Shown piece by piece: positions 20,176 to 29,781 of a DNA stretch of 64,000 nt (position 1 is its first letter; each line of letters opens with the position of its first letter). A model generated the notes under the pieces. That model was not told the DNA's origin. It ran no database searches and saw only the letters and a program-made list of their open reading frames with translations. The stretch covers positions 1 through 64,000 of the IMG/VR virus record IMGVR_UViG_3300025276_000023. One strand, written 5' to 3'. The stretch is from a virus. The translations under genes were made by a program, and so were the position numbers.

Positions 20176-23100
20176 ACCAATACTCAACGATAGAAGCCCA
20201 GTACAGCAACTCCTGCATAGAGAGCTCGTTGAAGGTCTGAGTCGATTACTGCAAAAAGCAAGCGATAACCAAGATGCGATAGTCGGAGGCGAAATAGATG
20301 AACTTACTCGTGAATTTCATTTAATTACTAAATCCGGCGAACGTCAGTACGTGGGCATCATAGCCCCTAAAGGTGAAGTTGGTGACGACGGTGTTTCAAT
20401 CATTGATGTACAGTTGGTTGAAGATCCTGAACAGCCAGGTCGTGTTTTCTTTGAGACCGAGTTAAGTAACGGTCTAATATTACAAACACGTAACTCGATT
20501 GAAGGTTATCACGGAAAATCAGTTGAAGCAGCAAGCGTAGTGAACGATACGATTGTCTTTACTCTTGAAGGCGGCGTGTCTCTTGAACCTATCCCTGTTT
20601 CAGGTCTTACGCCAATAAGCATTAGCGGTGCTAGAATAAATCCAGAACGAGAGGTGATCGTATCTCTTACTGATGGAACGGAATTTGAATTAGGTCTTGC
20701 GTCGGATCTGAAAGGTGTCGGTATTGCTGAGGTTTATCGTGAAAATGGTAAACTTTACGTTAAATACGACGAAGAAGGTAATGGTAAAGTAACTGATCTA
20801 GGTCGACTAGTCGGACTTAGATCAATGTCTATCGTTGACGGTAATCTTGAGTACGTTAACGACAATAGCGAAACCAACACCATTGGTCCACTTACAATGG
20901 TAACGCGAGGAGCGGTTGAAGAAAACCATCTTATACTTTATACCAACCAATCTGAAGATGGCGATAATTATCGCTGGGACTTAGGTCCGGTTGAAAATCT
21001 TCGTGGTGATGATGGTATCGATGGTATCGATGGCCTTGACGGTGCCGACGGTGCCGACGGTCTTTCTATAGCAAAGATGGCTGTTGAAGACAATATTATC
21101 AAGGTAACGTTATCCGATGATAGTACATTGCCAGAAATACCAGTAACCGGACTCAGACCAATACACGTAATAGGCGCAGCTTATATCGAAGAAGAAAGCG
21201 AACTTTTCTTCACGTTAAGTAATGGTGATAAAATTTCATCGGGAATTGGCGCTGACTTTAAAGGCGTGGGTGTCGAAGATATTGTTTTTAATGCAGAGAC
21301 CGGTGAAATAACGTTACAGTATTCAGATGAAGAAGAACCTACAGTCATAGGTACTATCCCTACCTTGACTGGTTTCTCTGTAAGTGAAATTGGTGAAATA
21401 CAGGTAACATGGTCACATCTTCTAGAACCAATGACTGTCGGAAACATGCGTTCGATACAAGGCATTGATAGAACCGAGCAGGGCATCATTCAAGTTACGT
21501 TTAACGATGAAGAAATCGTTGAACTAGGTTCTATTAAATCGATTGAAGAAATTAGCATTGATGGCGACAATCTCTTAATCCGACTTACAGGTGAAGAACC
21601 TTTAATCGTAGGTTCTCTACGCGGTGAACAGGGTGTTCCAGGTAGAAGTATTTCGACAGCTGGCGTTAACGATACGGGCAACCTTATCTTAAGCTACGAC
21701 GATGGTGAAGAACAGGATGTTGGGTATGTACGTACTACCATTCAAAACTTCTTGGGTCAGACTAAAAGTTTTAAATGGTCTGAAGGGCCTGAATTCCCAG
21801 CAGCGCATATTGGGAACGTCATTGTCTTCATTGGCGATGAAGTAGTTCCAATGTCAGATCTTGACTTAAATGTTGGCGATGTTGTTAAATATACCGGTGA
21901 TGCAACACACGAAGATGAAACCTCAGTGACTATACTTAGTTTCATTATGGCACCTGTAGATGAAACCAGTCGCGGTGTTTTTGAAATAAAAGCCGTTTCA
22001 GATACAGCTTATCAAATATCTTTAGAAGACGGTACTCTATTTACACTTGAGACAGAGACCCCTATAGATTTAGAAGCACTGCCTCCAGGTATTGCGGACG
22101 CGGCTATTGATCCTACTACTAGTGTATTGACCATTACTAAAACCGATGGCGAAGTAATAAACGTAGGTAAGGTAAACTCATCTGATAATACCGAGACCGT
22201 TTACATCAGCGACAAAGGAGAGCTACACGTAGTTCTTAACAGTGGTTTGGATTTAAACGCCGGTAGTGTCGTTAGCAACATGACCATTGACGACGTTTCT
22301 ATAGACCCTGACGGTAATCTTCTCGTTTATCTTAAAGGTGCAAGTGAACCATTCAATGCTGGTCCAACTGCTAACTATGTTACAGATAGCTTTATAGATG
22401 ACAATGACCGTTTAATCATACAGACGTCTGATGGTCGTGAAATCGACGCTGGTGTAGTGCGTAGCCCTTTATTAGGTACTATATATGAATTCACAGGCAC
22501 GGCTGGACAAACACGTTTCAGACTAGACCATAGCGAATTTAAAGTTGACGTATCGCTTCAAGGTATCGGTTTATTTGACGATCAAATAATCCTTACCAAT
22601 CCTCAATATGTTGAACTAGTCAATCCGATAGTAAGAGACGGTCAGCGTCTTAGAGTGGTGTTATATTCTAGAGGTACTTTCAAAGTAACCGGTTTAGACT
22701 CTGCTAAAGATGCGCCACCAGATACTTACTACGGTATTGATACAGATGGCAATGAAGGTTTCCATCCTAAGTTCAGTAAACTTGCAGGCATGCCGTTAGA
22801 CTTAGCTGTTAGAAATAATGGCTCGACGGAACTTTCACATGCTAACAGTGGTCTCATAGACGTATTTGTCAATGGTAAACTATTACATGAAGGGTATCGC
22901 AATAACGATGACAATACAAAACTTATATTTGACGAACCTTTAGATACAACTGACAAAATACGAGTAGTTGACTATAGTAGACCTCAGGTTGCAAATGGTT
23001 TACTCGCTGCTAACTATGGCCGTGTTATCTATCAGACGTTATCTCCAGGCGGTACTTTCTCAGCTGGAGATTGGAGAGTTCGAAGCGTAAATGCAATTTT

Positions 23101-23494
23101 AGACAATCAAATAAATGTTGACGTTAGAAATAACAGAATCATTTTACAGCCTGGGATTTACTACGTTAAAGGTTATGCTACATGTAAAGGCGTAGGTCAG
23201 AACGTATTGAAGCTTTACGATCAAACCAATCAAATGGATCTTCTAGTAGGCGGTGCGCAATTTTCACCACTTACCACTGGTAGACCATATCAGCAAGCGG
23301 ATGACAAAACCGAGATCTCTGGCTATTTTGAAGTGACTAGCCTTACAGCGGTCATTCTAATGCATAAGGGAACTATTTCCAGTTCTGCTTACGGTTTCGG
23401 TTCTGGCAATCCGAATGGCGGTGCTCCAGGTCGTTTCACGACTAGTTTCAACGTACCTGGACGATTAGTCGACCTAGAGTTTTGGAGAATGTGA
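20168..23494 (+). CDS. Long tail fibre protein with collagen-like G-X-Y segments and many beta-hairpin repeats
   Basis: GDDGIDGIDGLDGADGADG and GEQGVPG segments; many 'I...G.L...L.DG....LG' repeats; C-terminal 'RIILQPGIYYV' jelly-roll-like domain. Confidence 0.7.
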   Translation: MSEPILNDRSPVQQLLHRELVEGLSRLLQKASDNQDAIVGGEIDELTREFHLITKSGERQYVGIIAPKGEVGDDGVSIIDVQLVEDPEQPGRVFFETELSNGLILQTRNSIEGYHGKSVEAASVVNDTIVFTLEGGVSLEPIPVSGLTPISISGARINPEREVIVSLTDGTEFELGLASDLKGVGIAEVYRENGKLYVKYDEEGNGKVTDLGRLVGLRSMSIVDGNLEYVNDNSETNTIGPLTMVTRGAVEENHLILYTNQSEDGDNYRWDLGPVENLRGDDGIDGIDGLDGADGADGLSIAKMAVEDNIIKVTLSDDSTLPEIPVTGLRPIHVIGAAYIEEESELFFTLSNGDKISSGIGADFKGVGVEDIVFNAETGEITLQYSDEEEPTVIGTIPTLTGFSVSEIGEIQVTWSHLLEPMTVGNMRSIQGIDRTEQGIIQVTFNDEEIVELGSIKSIEEISIDGDNLLIRLTGEEPLIVGSLRGEQGVPGRSISTAGVNDTGNLILSYDDGEEQDVGYVRTTIQNFLGQTKSFKWSEGPEFPAAHIGNVIVFIGDEVVPMSDLDLNVGDVVKYTGDATHEDETSVTILSFIMAPVDETSRGVFEIKAVSDTAYQISLEDGTLFTLETETPIDLEALPPGIADAAIDPTTSVLTITKTDGEVINVGKVNSSDNTETVYISDKGELHVVLNSGLDLNAGSVVSNMTIDDVSIDPDGNLLVYLKGASEPFNAGPTANYVTDSFIDDNDRLIIQTSDGREIDAGVVRSPLLGTIYEFTGTAGQTRFRLDHSEFKVDVSLQGIGLFDDQIILTNPQYVELVNPIVRDGQRLRVVLYSRGTFKVTGLDSAKDAPPDTYYGIDTDGNEGFHPKFSKLAGMPLDLAVRNNGSTELSHANSGLIDVFVNGKLLHEGYRNNDDNTKLIFDEPLDTTDKIRVVDYSRPQVANGLLAANYGRVIYQTLSPGGTFSAGDWRVRSVNAILDNQINVDVRNNRIILQPGIYYVKGYATCKGVGQNVLKLYDQTNQMDLLVGGAQFSPLTTGRPYQQADDKTEISGYFEVTSLTAVILMHKGTISSSAYGFGSGNPNGGAPGRFTTSFNVPGRLVDLEFWRM
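21004..21062 (+). repeat. Collagen-like (G-X-D)6 coding repeat
   Basis: 9-nt periodic units ggtatcgat x2 and ggtgccgac x2. Confidence 0.8.
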
Positions 23495-23501
23495 TAAACT
23501 A

Positions 23502-23529
23502 ATAGAGGGGAGGTTTTCTCCCCTCTATG
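23502..23529. terminator. Terminator hairpin
   Basis: ATAGAGGGGAG...CTCCCCTCTAT inverted repeat after the fibre gene. Confidence 0.75.
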
Positions 23530-23546
23530 TTTAAAAGGTAAGTTTT

Positions 23547-24149
23547 ATGAATACAGTAGAAAAGTTATTTGCTCACATCGGTTATGTGGCAACAGATAAG
23601 ATAGACGTTTCCAAAATCATTATCAGCAAACCTGCAGAGTTGGCGGGTTTGAATGACATGATAAATACTCAAGTGGTTGTAGAAAGCAACATTTCTCAAG
23701 TTATAATTAACTACGAGCGAATAGATATAGGTTCTCTAATAAAGTTTTCTTTCTCTGCTCTAGAACAGATAGGAAGAAATAAAGAACAGTTTCAACGTTA
23801 CGTTAGAGAATTTTACGACGTGGAATTGGAACTTTCTGATTTTGAGATAGTTAGGAATGAAGTAATAATCGATCCGTTGTGCTATTTGTATGTTGGAAAA
23901 GCAAAGCTGAAAGCACATACACAGAGTATTCAGTTTAAAGTTAATTATGTCGACTATTGTAAGATTGGAACTATACTTCAAGAAAACAATAACTCTATTC
24001 TCTATGAAACGTTAACTGTTGCTATCGAAGATTTTAAATCACTTGATGTAGGTAATGTCAATGAGTTGTTCTCTTTTAATATTAAAGACGACTACATTGA
24101 ACTTACGTTAATGGACCATACAAAAATTATTTTATCAATGGAGCTGTAA
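23547..24149 (+). CDS. Virion protein, 'NTQV...YERIDI' paralog
   Basis: Same domain pattern as 19660..20175. Confidence 0.5.
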   Translation: MNTVEKLFAHIGYVATDKIDVSKIIISKPAELAGLNDMINTQVVVESNISQVIINYERIDIGSLIKFSFSALEQIGRNKEQFQRYVREFYDVELELSDFEIVRNEVIIDPLCYLYVGKAKLKAHTQSIQFKVNYVDYCKIGTILQENNNSILYETLTVAIEDFKSLDVGNVNELFSFNIKDDYIELTLMDHTKIILSMEL

Positions 24150-25004
24150 ATGGCTAAGAAAATACAAAGAAGCTTAACGACTAATGACTTGATTGTTCAT
24201 CAGTATTTAAAGCGCCCATATCCCCTTTACGAAAACAGTACAATAAACCAGCTTTTAAAAATTCAGGAAAATGCTGAATTGAGCGATGGTGAGTACCCGT
24301 ACATTAATGCTATTACCATTGGTATTAAAGGTCATGTAATTGAAACAAGTACAGCCGGAGGTGGTTATCCTAGCAGTCGCAGACATCAAGCTACAGACAC
24401 TACACTTCGTCAACATATTCCTTTCGTTCTAAGAAAGCTTAACGATGACTTGTCTGAAGAACAGCGTCGCTTCTATGGTCTGCGTCGTATTGAAAAACAT
24501 ATGGGTGAAGATCACGTTGCGTACTATGCTAAAGACTTAGATCTTAGCGGCGTTACGGTTCAGAAGAAAGCACTTAAAATGCGAGAAGGTAAACTTGAAT
24601 CTGAAACAACATTCAACTTCTCAAGCGAAAACCAATCTCCTGCTATTCCAGAAGAATCACTTGACCTTATAGATGCGCTTAAAAACGGCGACTCTATCAG
24701 AACATCGGGCATGACTAAAATCGTTCTTGATTCTTTTGATCTATCTGAACTTATTAATGTATTTAAAATTAAGTTCGGTGACGATGAAGGTGCATTGATT
24801 TCTGAAATAGGCTACTGCACAAGTGTTCGTCGCATCGTATCCGTTCCAGGTGCTGATGGTGAAAATATTGCGTTCAGTGAAATGGTTGGTTGTCAGGTGG
24901 GTACGTTTGTGTCTCAGTTCCACAAAATCGAATCTAAAGATGACATCATAGATCTATCAATGGACTTTGGTGCCACTGCTACCAGAGCCACTGTTAGTGA
25001 GTGA
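24150..25004 (+). CDS. Conserved virion structural protein (phiKZ gp139-like)
   Basis: NSTINQ, IGIKGH, HIPFVLR..NDDL, YYAK and ISEIGYC motifs; directly upstream of RuvC as in phiKZ-like phages. Confidence 0.6.
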   Translation: MAKKIQRSLTTNDLIVHQYLKRPYPLYENSTINQLLKIQENAELSDGEYPYINAITIGIKGHVIETSTAGGGYPSSRRHQATDTTLRQHIPFVLRKLNDDLSEEQRRFYGLRRIEKHMGEDHVAYYAKDLDLSGVTVQKKALKMREGKLESETTFNFSSENQSPAIPEESLDLIDALKNGDSIRTSGMTKIVLDSFDLSELINVFKIKFGDDEGALISEIGYCTSVRRIVSVPGADGENIAFSEMVGCQVGTFVSQFHKIESKDDIIDLSMDFGATATRATVSE

Positions 25005-25653
25005 TGTGTATCGAATAGTTGCCATTGATCCAGGGACGGTTACATTAGGGTTTGCAGTATTGGATATCGACATGGACGACCTTTCTATAATCGTCCAAGA
25101 AGTCTTTACGTTCAATGCAGGTAAACACTTTAAAAACAAAGATCAGTTTAAAGAAATCTTTGGTGCTAGAACTACTCGATTGAAATTCTTATCTGAAAGA
25201 ATCTATGAAAAACTAGTTGACTGGTCTCCGGATTGCGTTATTGCTGAAAGTTCATTCTTAAGTAGAAACGTCATGTCTTTTGAATCTTTGATTGAATGTA
25301 AAGTTTATATTCGAGATGCGGTAACTAGATACGATGAAAGCTTACCACTTACTTTAATAGATCCTTTATCTGTTAAATATGGAATAGGCGCATTAGTAAA
25401 AGGCGATAAAAAGAAAACCAAGCGAGTTAAAGGTAAACGCGTTAAAGGCGTGGATAGTAAACTGGCTGTAAGAAATAAAATAAATTCATTAGTCGATCTA
25501 CTATGGGCTGCTGGACTACCACCAATGGATTACTTAGACGAGCACAGTGTCGATGCAATATCTATTGGTTATTGGAAAGCAAGTCAGATAGTGGAGTATC
25601 TCAGATTCGATAATCAGAACTATATTGATTTTAGAGATAGCTTAAAAAGGTAA
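24997..25653 (+). CDS. ruvC: RuvC-like Holliday junction resolvase
   Basis: VAIDPGTVTLGFA, VIAES and DEHSVDAISIG supply the acidic catalytic set. Start probably the GTG overlapping the upstream stop. Confidence 0.85.
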   Translation: MSDVYRIVAIDPGTVTLGFAVLDIDMDDLSIIVQEVFTFNAGKHFKNKDQFKEIFGARTTRLKFLSERIYEKLVDWSPDCVIAESSFLSRNVMSFESLIECKVYIRDAVTRYDESLPLTLIDPLSVKYGIGALVKGDKKKTKRVKGKRVKGVDSKLAVRNKINSLVDLLWAAGLPPMDYLDEHSVDAISIGYWKASQIVEYLRFDNQNYIDFRDSLKR

Positions 25654-25660
25654 ATAAAAC

Positions 25661-27676
25661 ATGAGTATCCCTAGTCCGTTTTTAAGAATGTTAGGTGTAC
25701 TTGAGGTTAAAGAAGAAGGCGAATATATTACCGTATACAACATACGCTCTGATATGTTCGCTAACGACTTAAAAAAGGTATGGAAGACAAACCGAATCTT
25801 TGCACATATGTTTACAACTGTGTCGCGTAACAAGATGGTGTTTAATAAATTCTTTGCTATTGAGTTTTACTTCTTACTCAGGTCATTAAGTAAGTCAAGA
25901 GAAAAGCGTTTCATTAAATCAATGGTTTGTGAAAAAGTAATTGAACTGATGTATGAACACACGTGGTTAAAGAATGTGCGTTATGTATTTGGCGATGTTA
26001 TAGATAGAGTAGTGAATGAAGAAGTTCGATTACCGCTTAACTATAAAGCGTTAGATAAGTTCAACTTTAAACCATTTCCACATCAGTCTAGTTTCTTTGA
26101 AACGTATGCGCTACACAAAAAAGCATTCGACCTTCGTGGTTTCTATCTCACGGCTCCTCCAGGCAGCGGTAAGACGTTATCTGCGTTAATGTTACGTGAG
26201 CTACTCGGATTAGAGAAACTGATTGTAGTGTGTCCCAAGCCTGCTGCGTTGGAAGTATGGACTAAAGATACACTTAAGCATTATAAGAAGCCACCTAAGA
26301 TATGGGACTCAGTTACTAACTCAGGTCCAATTGATGTAAGTGCAGATATCATCATTGTACATTACCAATCACTTAATCGTCTTTTAGATGCGGTAGGTAA
26401 ACTTAATAAGTTTAAAACAATGGTTAATGTTGATGAAGGACATAACTTCAACGATATCAAATCTCAACAAACTCAAAACTTCATTGAGTTCTGTAAACTC
26501 CATACTGGCACTGACGATATCCTTTGGGGTTCAGGTACTCCGATTAAAAGTATTGGTACAGAAGCTATTCCATTTATGAGCACAGTGTGTGGTTCATTTG
26601 GTAAGCATCTAGTAGAACGCTTTAAAAAGATGTATGGTTCTTCCTCTAACGCATTGTCAGAGCTTTTAGCTAATCGTTTAGGTCTTAAGGTGTTTACAGT
26701 TCCTAAGTCCGATGTAGTTGATGGTACGCCTATTGAAGAAGTTATCAAAGTTCAGATGCCTAACTCGAATAACTACACATTAGAAAGTATTCAAGTTGAG
26801 ATGGTTGACTTCATCAAGGAGCGCATTGAGTTCTATGAAAAGAACGCACCTAGACTTAAACAAGAATATGAATTCGGCATTGCTGTGTTTGAAGCTAAAG
26901 GTTTAGACAGTCGAACCCAAGAAGCGTACAAGCAATACAAAGTTCATATCAACACATTAGTCAAGTCTAAAAGTTACATGCACTTATCTGATGAAATGGC
27001 TTACTGTAATCGTTTTGAAAAAGAAAACATCGAACCATTACTATCAGGTGCTAAACTTAAAGAGTTTAGAAATGCTAAGTCTGCTGTTAAATATACCTTG
27101 CTTAAGATTCGTGGTGAAGCACTGGGTCGCATATTAGGAAAGCGTCGTGTTGACTGTCATGTCGATATGATCAAGTACGCTGACCTTGCTGAGATTGTTA
27201 AAAACTCTATCAGCAAAACTATTATCTTTACGGACTATGTTGAAGTTGTTGATGAAACAGTTGACGTTATGAAGACGGAAGGTATGAAGCCATTGCAGAT
27301 TACCGGTAAGAACTCTTCTAACCTACCCTCAATCGTTAAACAGTTTGAATCGTCTAAAGAGTTAAACCCATTGGTTGCAACGCTTAAAACGCTTTCTACA
27401 GCGGTTCCTATGACGATGGCTAATACAGTTGTCTTTACTAATAAACCATTCAGAGTACATGTGCTAGAACAAGCAATAGCTCGCGTATGGCGAATAGGTC
27501 AAACAGAACAGGTGTACGTAGTTCATCTAGAATTAGACACAGGTGATTTACCAAACATCAATACACGTAATGCTGATATCATGGCGTGGTCTAAAGAGCA
27601 AGTCGATATCCTCACTGGGGTTACTACAACCGTCAGTATGGAAGGCGAGCTTTCTTTAGAATTTAAAGAAGATTAA
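25661..27676 (+). CDS. Superfamily 2 (SNF2/DEAD-like) helicase
   Basis: APPGSGKT (I), VDEGH (II), SGTP (III), IIFTDY (IV), QAIARVWRIGQ (VI). Confidence 0.9.
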   Translation: MSIPSPFLRMLGVLEVKEEGEYITVYNIRSDMFANDLKKVWKTNRIFAHMFTTVSRNKMVFNKFFAIEFYFLLRSLSKSREKRFIKSMVCEKVIELMYEHTWLKNVRYVFGDVIDRVVNEEVRLPLNYKALDKFNFKPFPHQSSFFETYALHKKAFDLRGFYLTAPPGSGKTLSALMLRELLGLEKLIVVCPKPAALEVWTKDTLKHYKKPPKIWDSVTNSGPIDVSADIIIVHYQSLNRLLDAVGKLNKFKTMVNVDEGHNFNDIKSQQTQNFIEFCKLHTGTDDILWGSGTPIKSIGTEAIPFMSTVCGSFGKHLVERFKKMYGSSSNALSELLANRLGLKVFTVPKSDVVDGTPIEEVIKVQMPNSNNYTLESIQVEMVDFIKERIEFYEKNAPRLKQEYEFGIAVFEAKGLDSRTQEAYKQYKVHINTLVKSKSYMHLSDEMAYCNRFEKENIEPLLSGAKLKEFRNAKSAVKYTLLKIRGEALGRILGKRRVDCHVDMIKYADLAEIVKNSISKTIIFTDYVEVVDETVDVMKTEGMKPLQITGKNSSNLPSIVKQFESSKELNPLVATLKTLSTAVPMTMANTVVFTNKPFRVHVLEQAIARVWRIGQTEQVYVVHLELDTGDLPNINTRNADIMAWSKEQVDILTGVTTTVSMEGELSLEFKED

Positions 27677-27677
27677 T

Positions 27678-27700
27678 GAGAGGGCTTCGGCCCTCTCTTT
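27678..27700 (+). terminator. Intrinsic terminator
   Basis: GAGAGGGC-TTCG-GCCCTCTC-TTT. Confidence 0.85.
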
Positions 27701-27737
27701 ATGCAAATAACTTGAGTTATATATCATTAACACGATA
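27701..27737 (+). promoter_or_regulatory. Putative early phage promoter
   Basis: ATGCAAATAACTTGAGTTA-TATAT-CATTAAC; aligns with six other intergenic copies. Confidence 0.7.
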
Positions 27738-27765
27738 TGACTTACAATAAACTAAGGAACAAGAT

Positions 27766-28152
27766 ATGTCACAAATAGCAAAAGCAGTTATCGGTACAAT
27801 CGAAGCACAAAAAACACAAATCGCATTAGCAGACTGTTTCCATAGCTGGGACGGTACTGTTGATATTGGTGTTATCGTGTCTGGTTTATCTGATCGTTTC
27901 ACGGCCATGGGTAAAGACGTGGAAGAGATTTCTTTCGAACGTAAAGAATTGAAATCATTGACTGTCTTAGTTGATGGTCGTAGATCAATTGTTTTAACGA
28001 AGACTGATCAGTACATAGGTGGTGCTGGTTATGACTTTAAGAAAGACAATGTCTTTTACACATGGTTCTCTGCAAAGTACGATAACCTCTTCAATAAAGA
28101 AGAGAAAGAGTTAATGACCGAGTGGTTAATGAATAACATGCATAACCTATAG
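27766..28152 (+). CDS. Hypothetical early protein
   Basis: AAGGA RBS; sits between a promoter and a terminator. Confidence 0.75.
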   Translation: MSQIAKAVIGTIEAQKTQIALADCFHSWDGTVDIGVIVSGLSDRFTAMGKDVEEISFERKELKSLTVLVDGRRSIVLTKTDQYIGGAGYDFKKDNVFYTWFSAKYDNLFNKEEKELMTEWLMNNMHNL

Positions 28153-28160
28153 GTATAATT

Positions 28161-28190
28161 AACCAGTGCTAAAGCGGCGCTGGTTTTTTT
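28161..28190 (+). terminator. Intrinsic terminator
   Basis: AACCAGTGCT...GGCGCTGGTT followed by a T run. Confidence 0.75.
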
Positions 28191-28203
28191 TAAGGAGAAT
28201 CAA

Positions 28204-28713
28204 GTGGCTAAGCTAGTTAGAATTATAAATTTAGAAGACGATACAGTTAATGAGTTTCTAATCGAATGGCCTGTTAAATCATTGGAAATATTAAGTCGTC
28301 AAATGGCTTACTGTTTATCCAATGCAACAGAACATTTATTTGACTTCTCCGACTTCGTTAAATATAAAGCGAACATTAATAACCTTTATCTCTATAAAGT
28401 AATGGCAATGCAAAACTTCAAAATAGAACTTGAAGATATAGCAGATGAGCCTTGTTATATTGAGATAAAAGTCCATCCTAGTTCGCCACCAATATACAGA
28501 ACGTTAAACGATATGTCCTACCAGATAGAAGACATCGTGAGACTTCCTGTATCGTGCGACATGACAGATAAAGATCAAATCAATACAATGATAACCAATT
28601 TCCTAAACACCACTTACATTGCGTTACAGGGCGGTTCATTGAGTTTAAACAAAGTTGGTAAGACACTGTGTGACATTACAGTGGTTCCTAAATTAATTAC
28701 TAAGGTTTCATAA
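28204..28713 (+). CDS. Hypothetical protein
   Basis: AAGGAG RBS before GTG. Confidence 0.7.
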   Translation: MAKLVRIINLEDDTVNEFLIEWPVKSLEILSRQMAYCLSNATEHLFDFSDFVKYKANINNLYLYKVMAMQNFKIELEDIADEPCYIEIKVHPSSPPIYRTLNDMSYQIEDIVRLPVSCDMTDKDQINTMITNFLNTTYIALQGGSLSLNKVGKTLCDITVVPKLITKVS

Positions 28714-29150
28714 TGACTAAGAAAGTATCTCTCATCGAATATCAAAAAGACTTCTTCCTTGGAATGGATCATCTGTTCCAACTGTCTCCAGAAGAGATAA
28801 TTGAAGAAGGCGCTAACCATCGCCATATTGCAGTAGACTGTAAAGTAGATGTTAAACCCATGGCTCGTAAAGTTAACTACTCAGTTAACCTAGTGCTTAA
28901 TAAAGACATTGACTGGTCAGGTCTTAATTTCATTAAGCTGGACGTACCACAGTTTACTCAAGCATTGCGAGCACAGTTTGCTTATTCTTTTACACCAGCT
29001 GTTCTAGAGAAGTTGATTCAGAGCATTGAGTCATACTTTGAAGAATCAATTGAAGACATGCCTATTGACTTCATCGAAGGTGTATTCCGTATACATTCTA
29101 AAGAAGGTTACTGGGTTGTTATAACCTCTCCTAAGTACTTAGAATTTTAA
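28713..29150 (+). CDS. Hypothetical protein, probable paralog of 40447..40917
   Basis: TAATG coupling; VKPMARKVNYSVNLVL vs IRPLGKTVRMMDYSINLVI. Confidence 0.7.
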   Translation: MTKKVSLIEYQKDFFLGMDHLFQLSPEEIIEEGANHRHIAVDCKVDVKPMARKVNYSVNLVLNKDIDWSGLNFIKLDVPQFTQALRAQFAYSFTPAVLEKLIQSIESYFEESIEDMPIDFIEGVFRIHSKEGYWVVITSPKYLEF

Positions 29151-29168
29151 TCTACGTCTTTTCTTTAA

Positions 29169-29205
29169 ATGGAAAGATTTTGAAGTATATATAGTAAAGG
29201 TGAGA
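29169..29205 (+). promoter_or_regulatory. Putative early phage promoter
   Basis: ATGGAAAGATTTTGAAGTA-TATAT-AGTAAAGGTGAGA. Confidence 0.7.
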
Positions 29206-29245
29206 TAGATAACTTAAACACTTTAACACTATAGGAAAATAGATT

Positions 29246-29386
29246 ATGTCAGCGTTCAATAAAGGTTTCTTAATCGGTGCAGTTGTTACAACTATGTGTG
29301 CACCTTTCACGTATAAACTCTTCAAGTCAATTGGCGCAGCAGCCGCAGACATTGAAGCAGAAGCAAAGAAAGAAGGAGAGAAGTAA
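29246..29386 (+). CDS. 46-aa hydrophobic micro-protein (not in ORF track)
   Basis: MSAFNKGFLIGAVVTTMCAPFTYKLFKSIGAAAADIEAEAKKEGEK; AGGA RBS; first gene after the promoter. Confidence 0.7.
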   Translation: MSAFNKGFLIGAVVTTMCAPFTYKLFKSIGAAAADIEAEAKKEGEK

Positions 29387-29526
29387 TGGGAGCACTTAGA
29401 TTCATTGATGGTTACATGGCAGCGGGTTTAGTAATTGGTCTAACTGTTCACTGCACTGCCGCAGTTGTCGGTTTCAAATCGGGTAAGAAAAAAGCTAAGA
29501 AAGAAGCTGAGATTCAAGCCAAGTAA
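29386..29526 (+). CDS. 46-aa membrane micro-protein (not in ORF track)
   Basis: MGALRFIDGYMAAGLVIGLTVHCTAAVVGFKSGKKKAKKEAEIQAK; AAGGAG RBS; TAATG overlap with the upstream ORF. Confidence 0.7.
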   Translation: MGALRFIDGYMAAGLVIGLTVHCTAAVVGFKSGKKKAKKEAEIQAK

Positions 29527-29531
29527 ACAAT

Positions 29532-29556
29532 AGGGACTCCGGTCCCTTTCATTTTT
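29532..29556 (+). terminator. Terminator hairpin
   Basis: AGGGAC-TCCG-GTCCCT followed by TTCATTTTT. Confidence 0.7.
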
Positions 29557-29598
29557 AGAATACAAAACATTTTAACAAAACTTATTAGGAATTACATT

Positions 29599-29775
29599 AT
29601 GAAATTAGCATCAAAAATAGCACTAGGTTTAGCAGGTATCACAGTAACAGCAGCAGCAGTAGTAGTTGCAATGTACTATGGTGAAGACGACAACGATACA
29701 GCAGTTGATTCAGTTGTTGAAGATGTTACTGAAACAGTAGAGTCGGAAGTTGAAGCGACTGTTGAAACTAAGTAA
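29599..29775 (+). CDS. 58-aa single-pass membrane micro-protein with acidic tail (not in ORF track)
   Basis: MKLASKIALGLAGITVTAAAVVVAMYYGEDDNDTAVDSVVEDVTETVESEVEATVETK; AGGA RBS. Confidence 0.75.
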   Translation: MKLASKIALGLAGITVTAAAVVVAMYYGEDDNDTAVDSVVEDVTETVESEVEATVETK

Positions 29776-29781
29776 TCAATC

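Noticed and set aside
25661-27676. Intein or intron in the helicase (also checked SbcC and the RNAP fragment)
   Set aside because: No C...HN splice junctions or homing endonuclease motifs; catalytic motifs are normally spaced
29152-29352. 66-aa minus-strand ORF from the track
   Set aside because: Overlaps the early promoter and the better supported plus-strand micro-ORF
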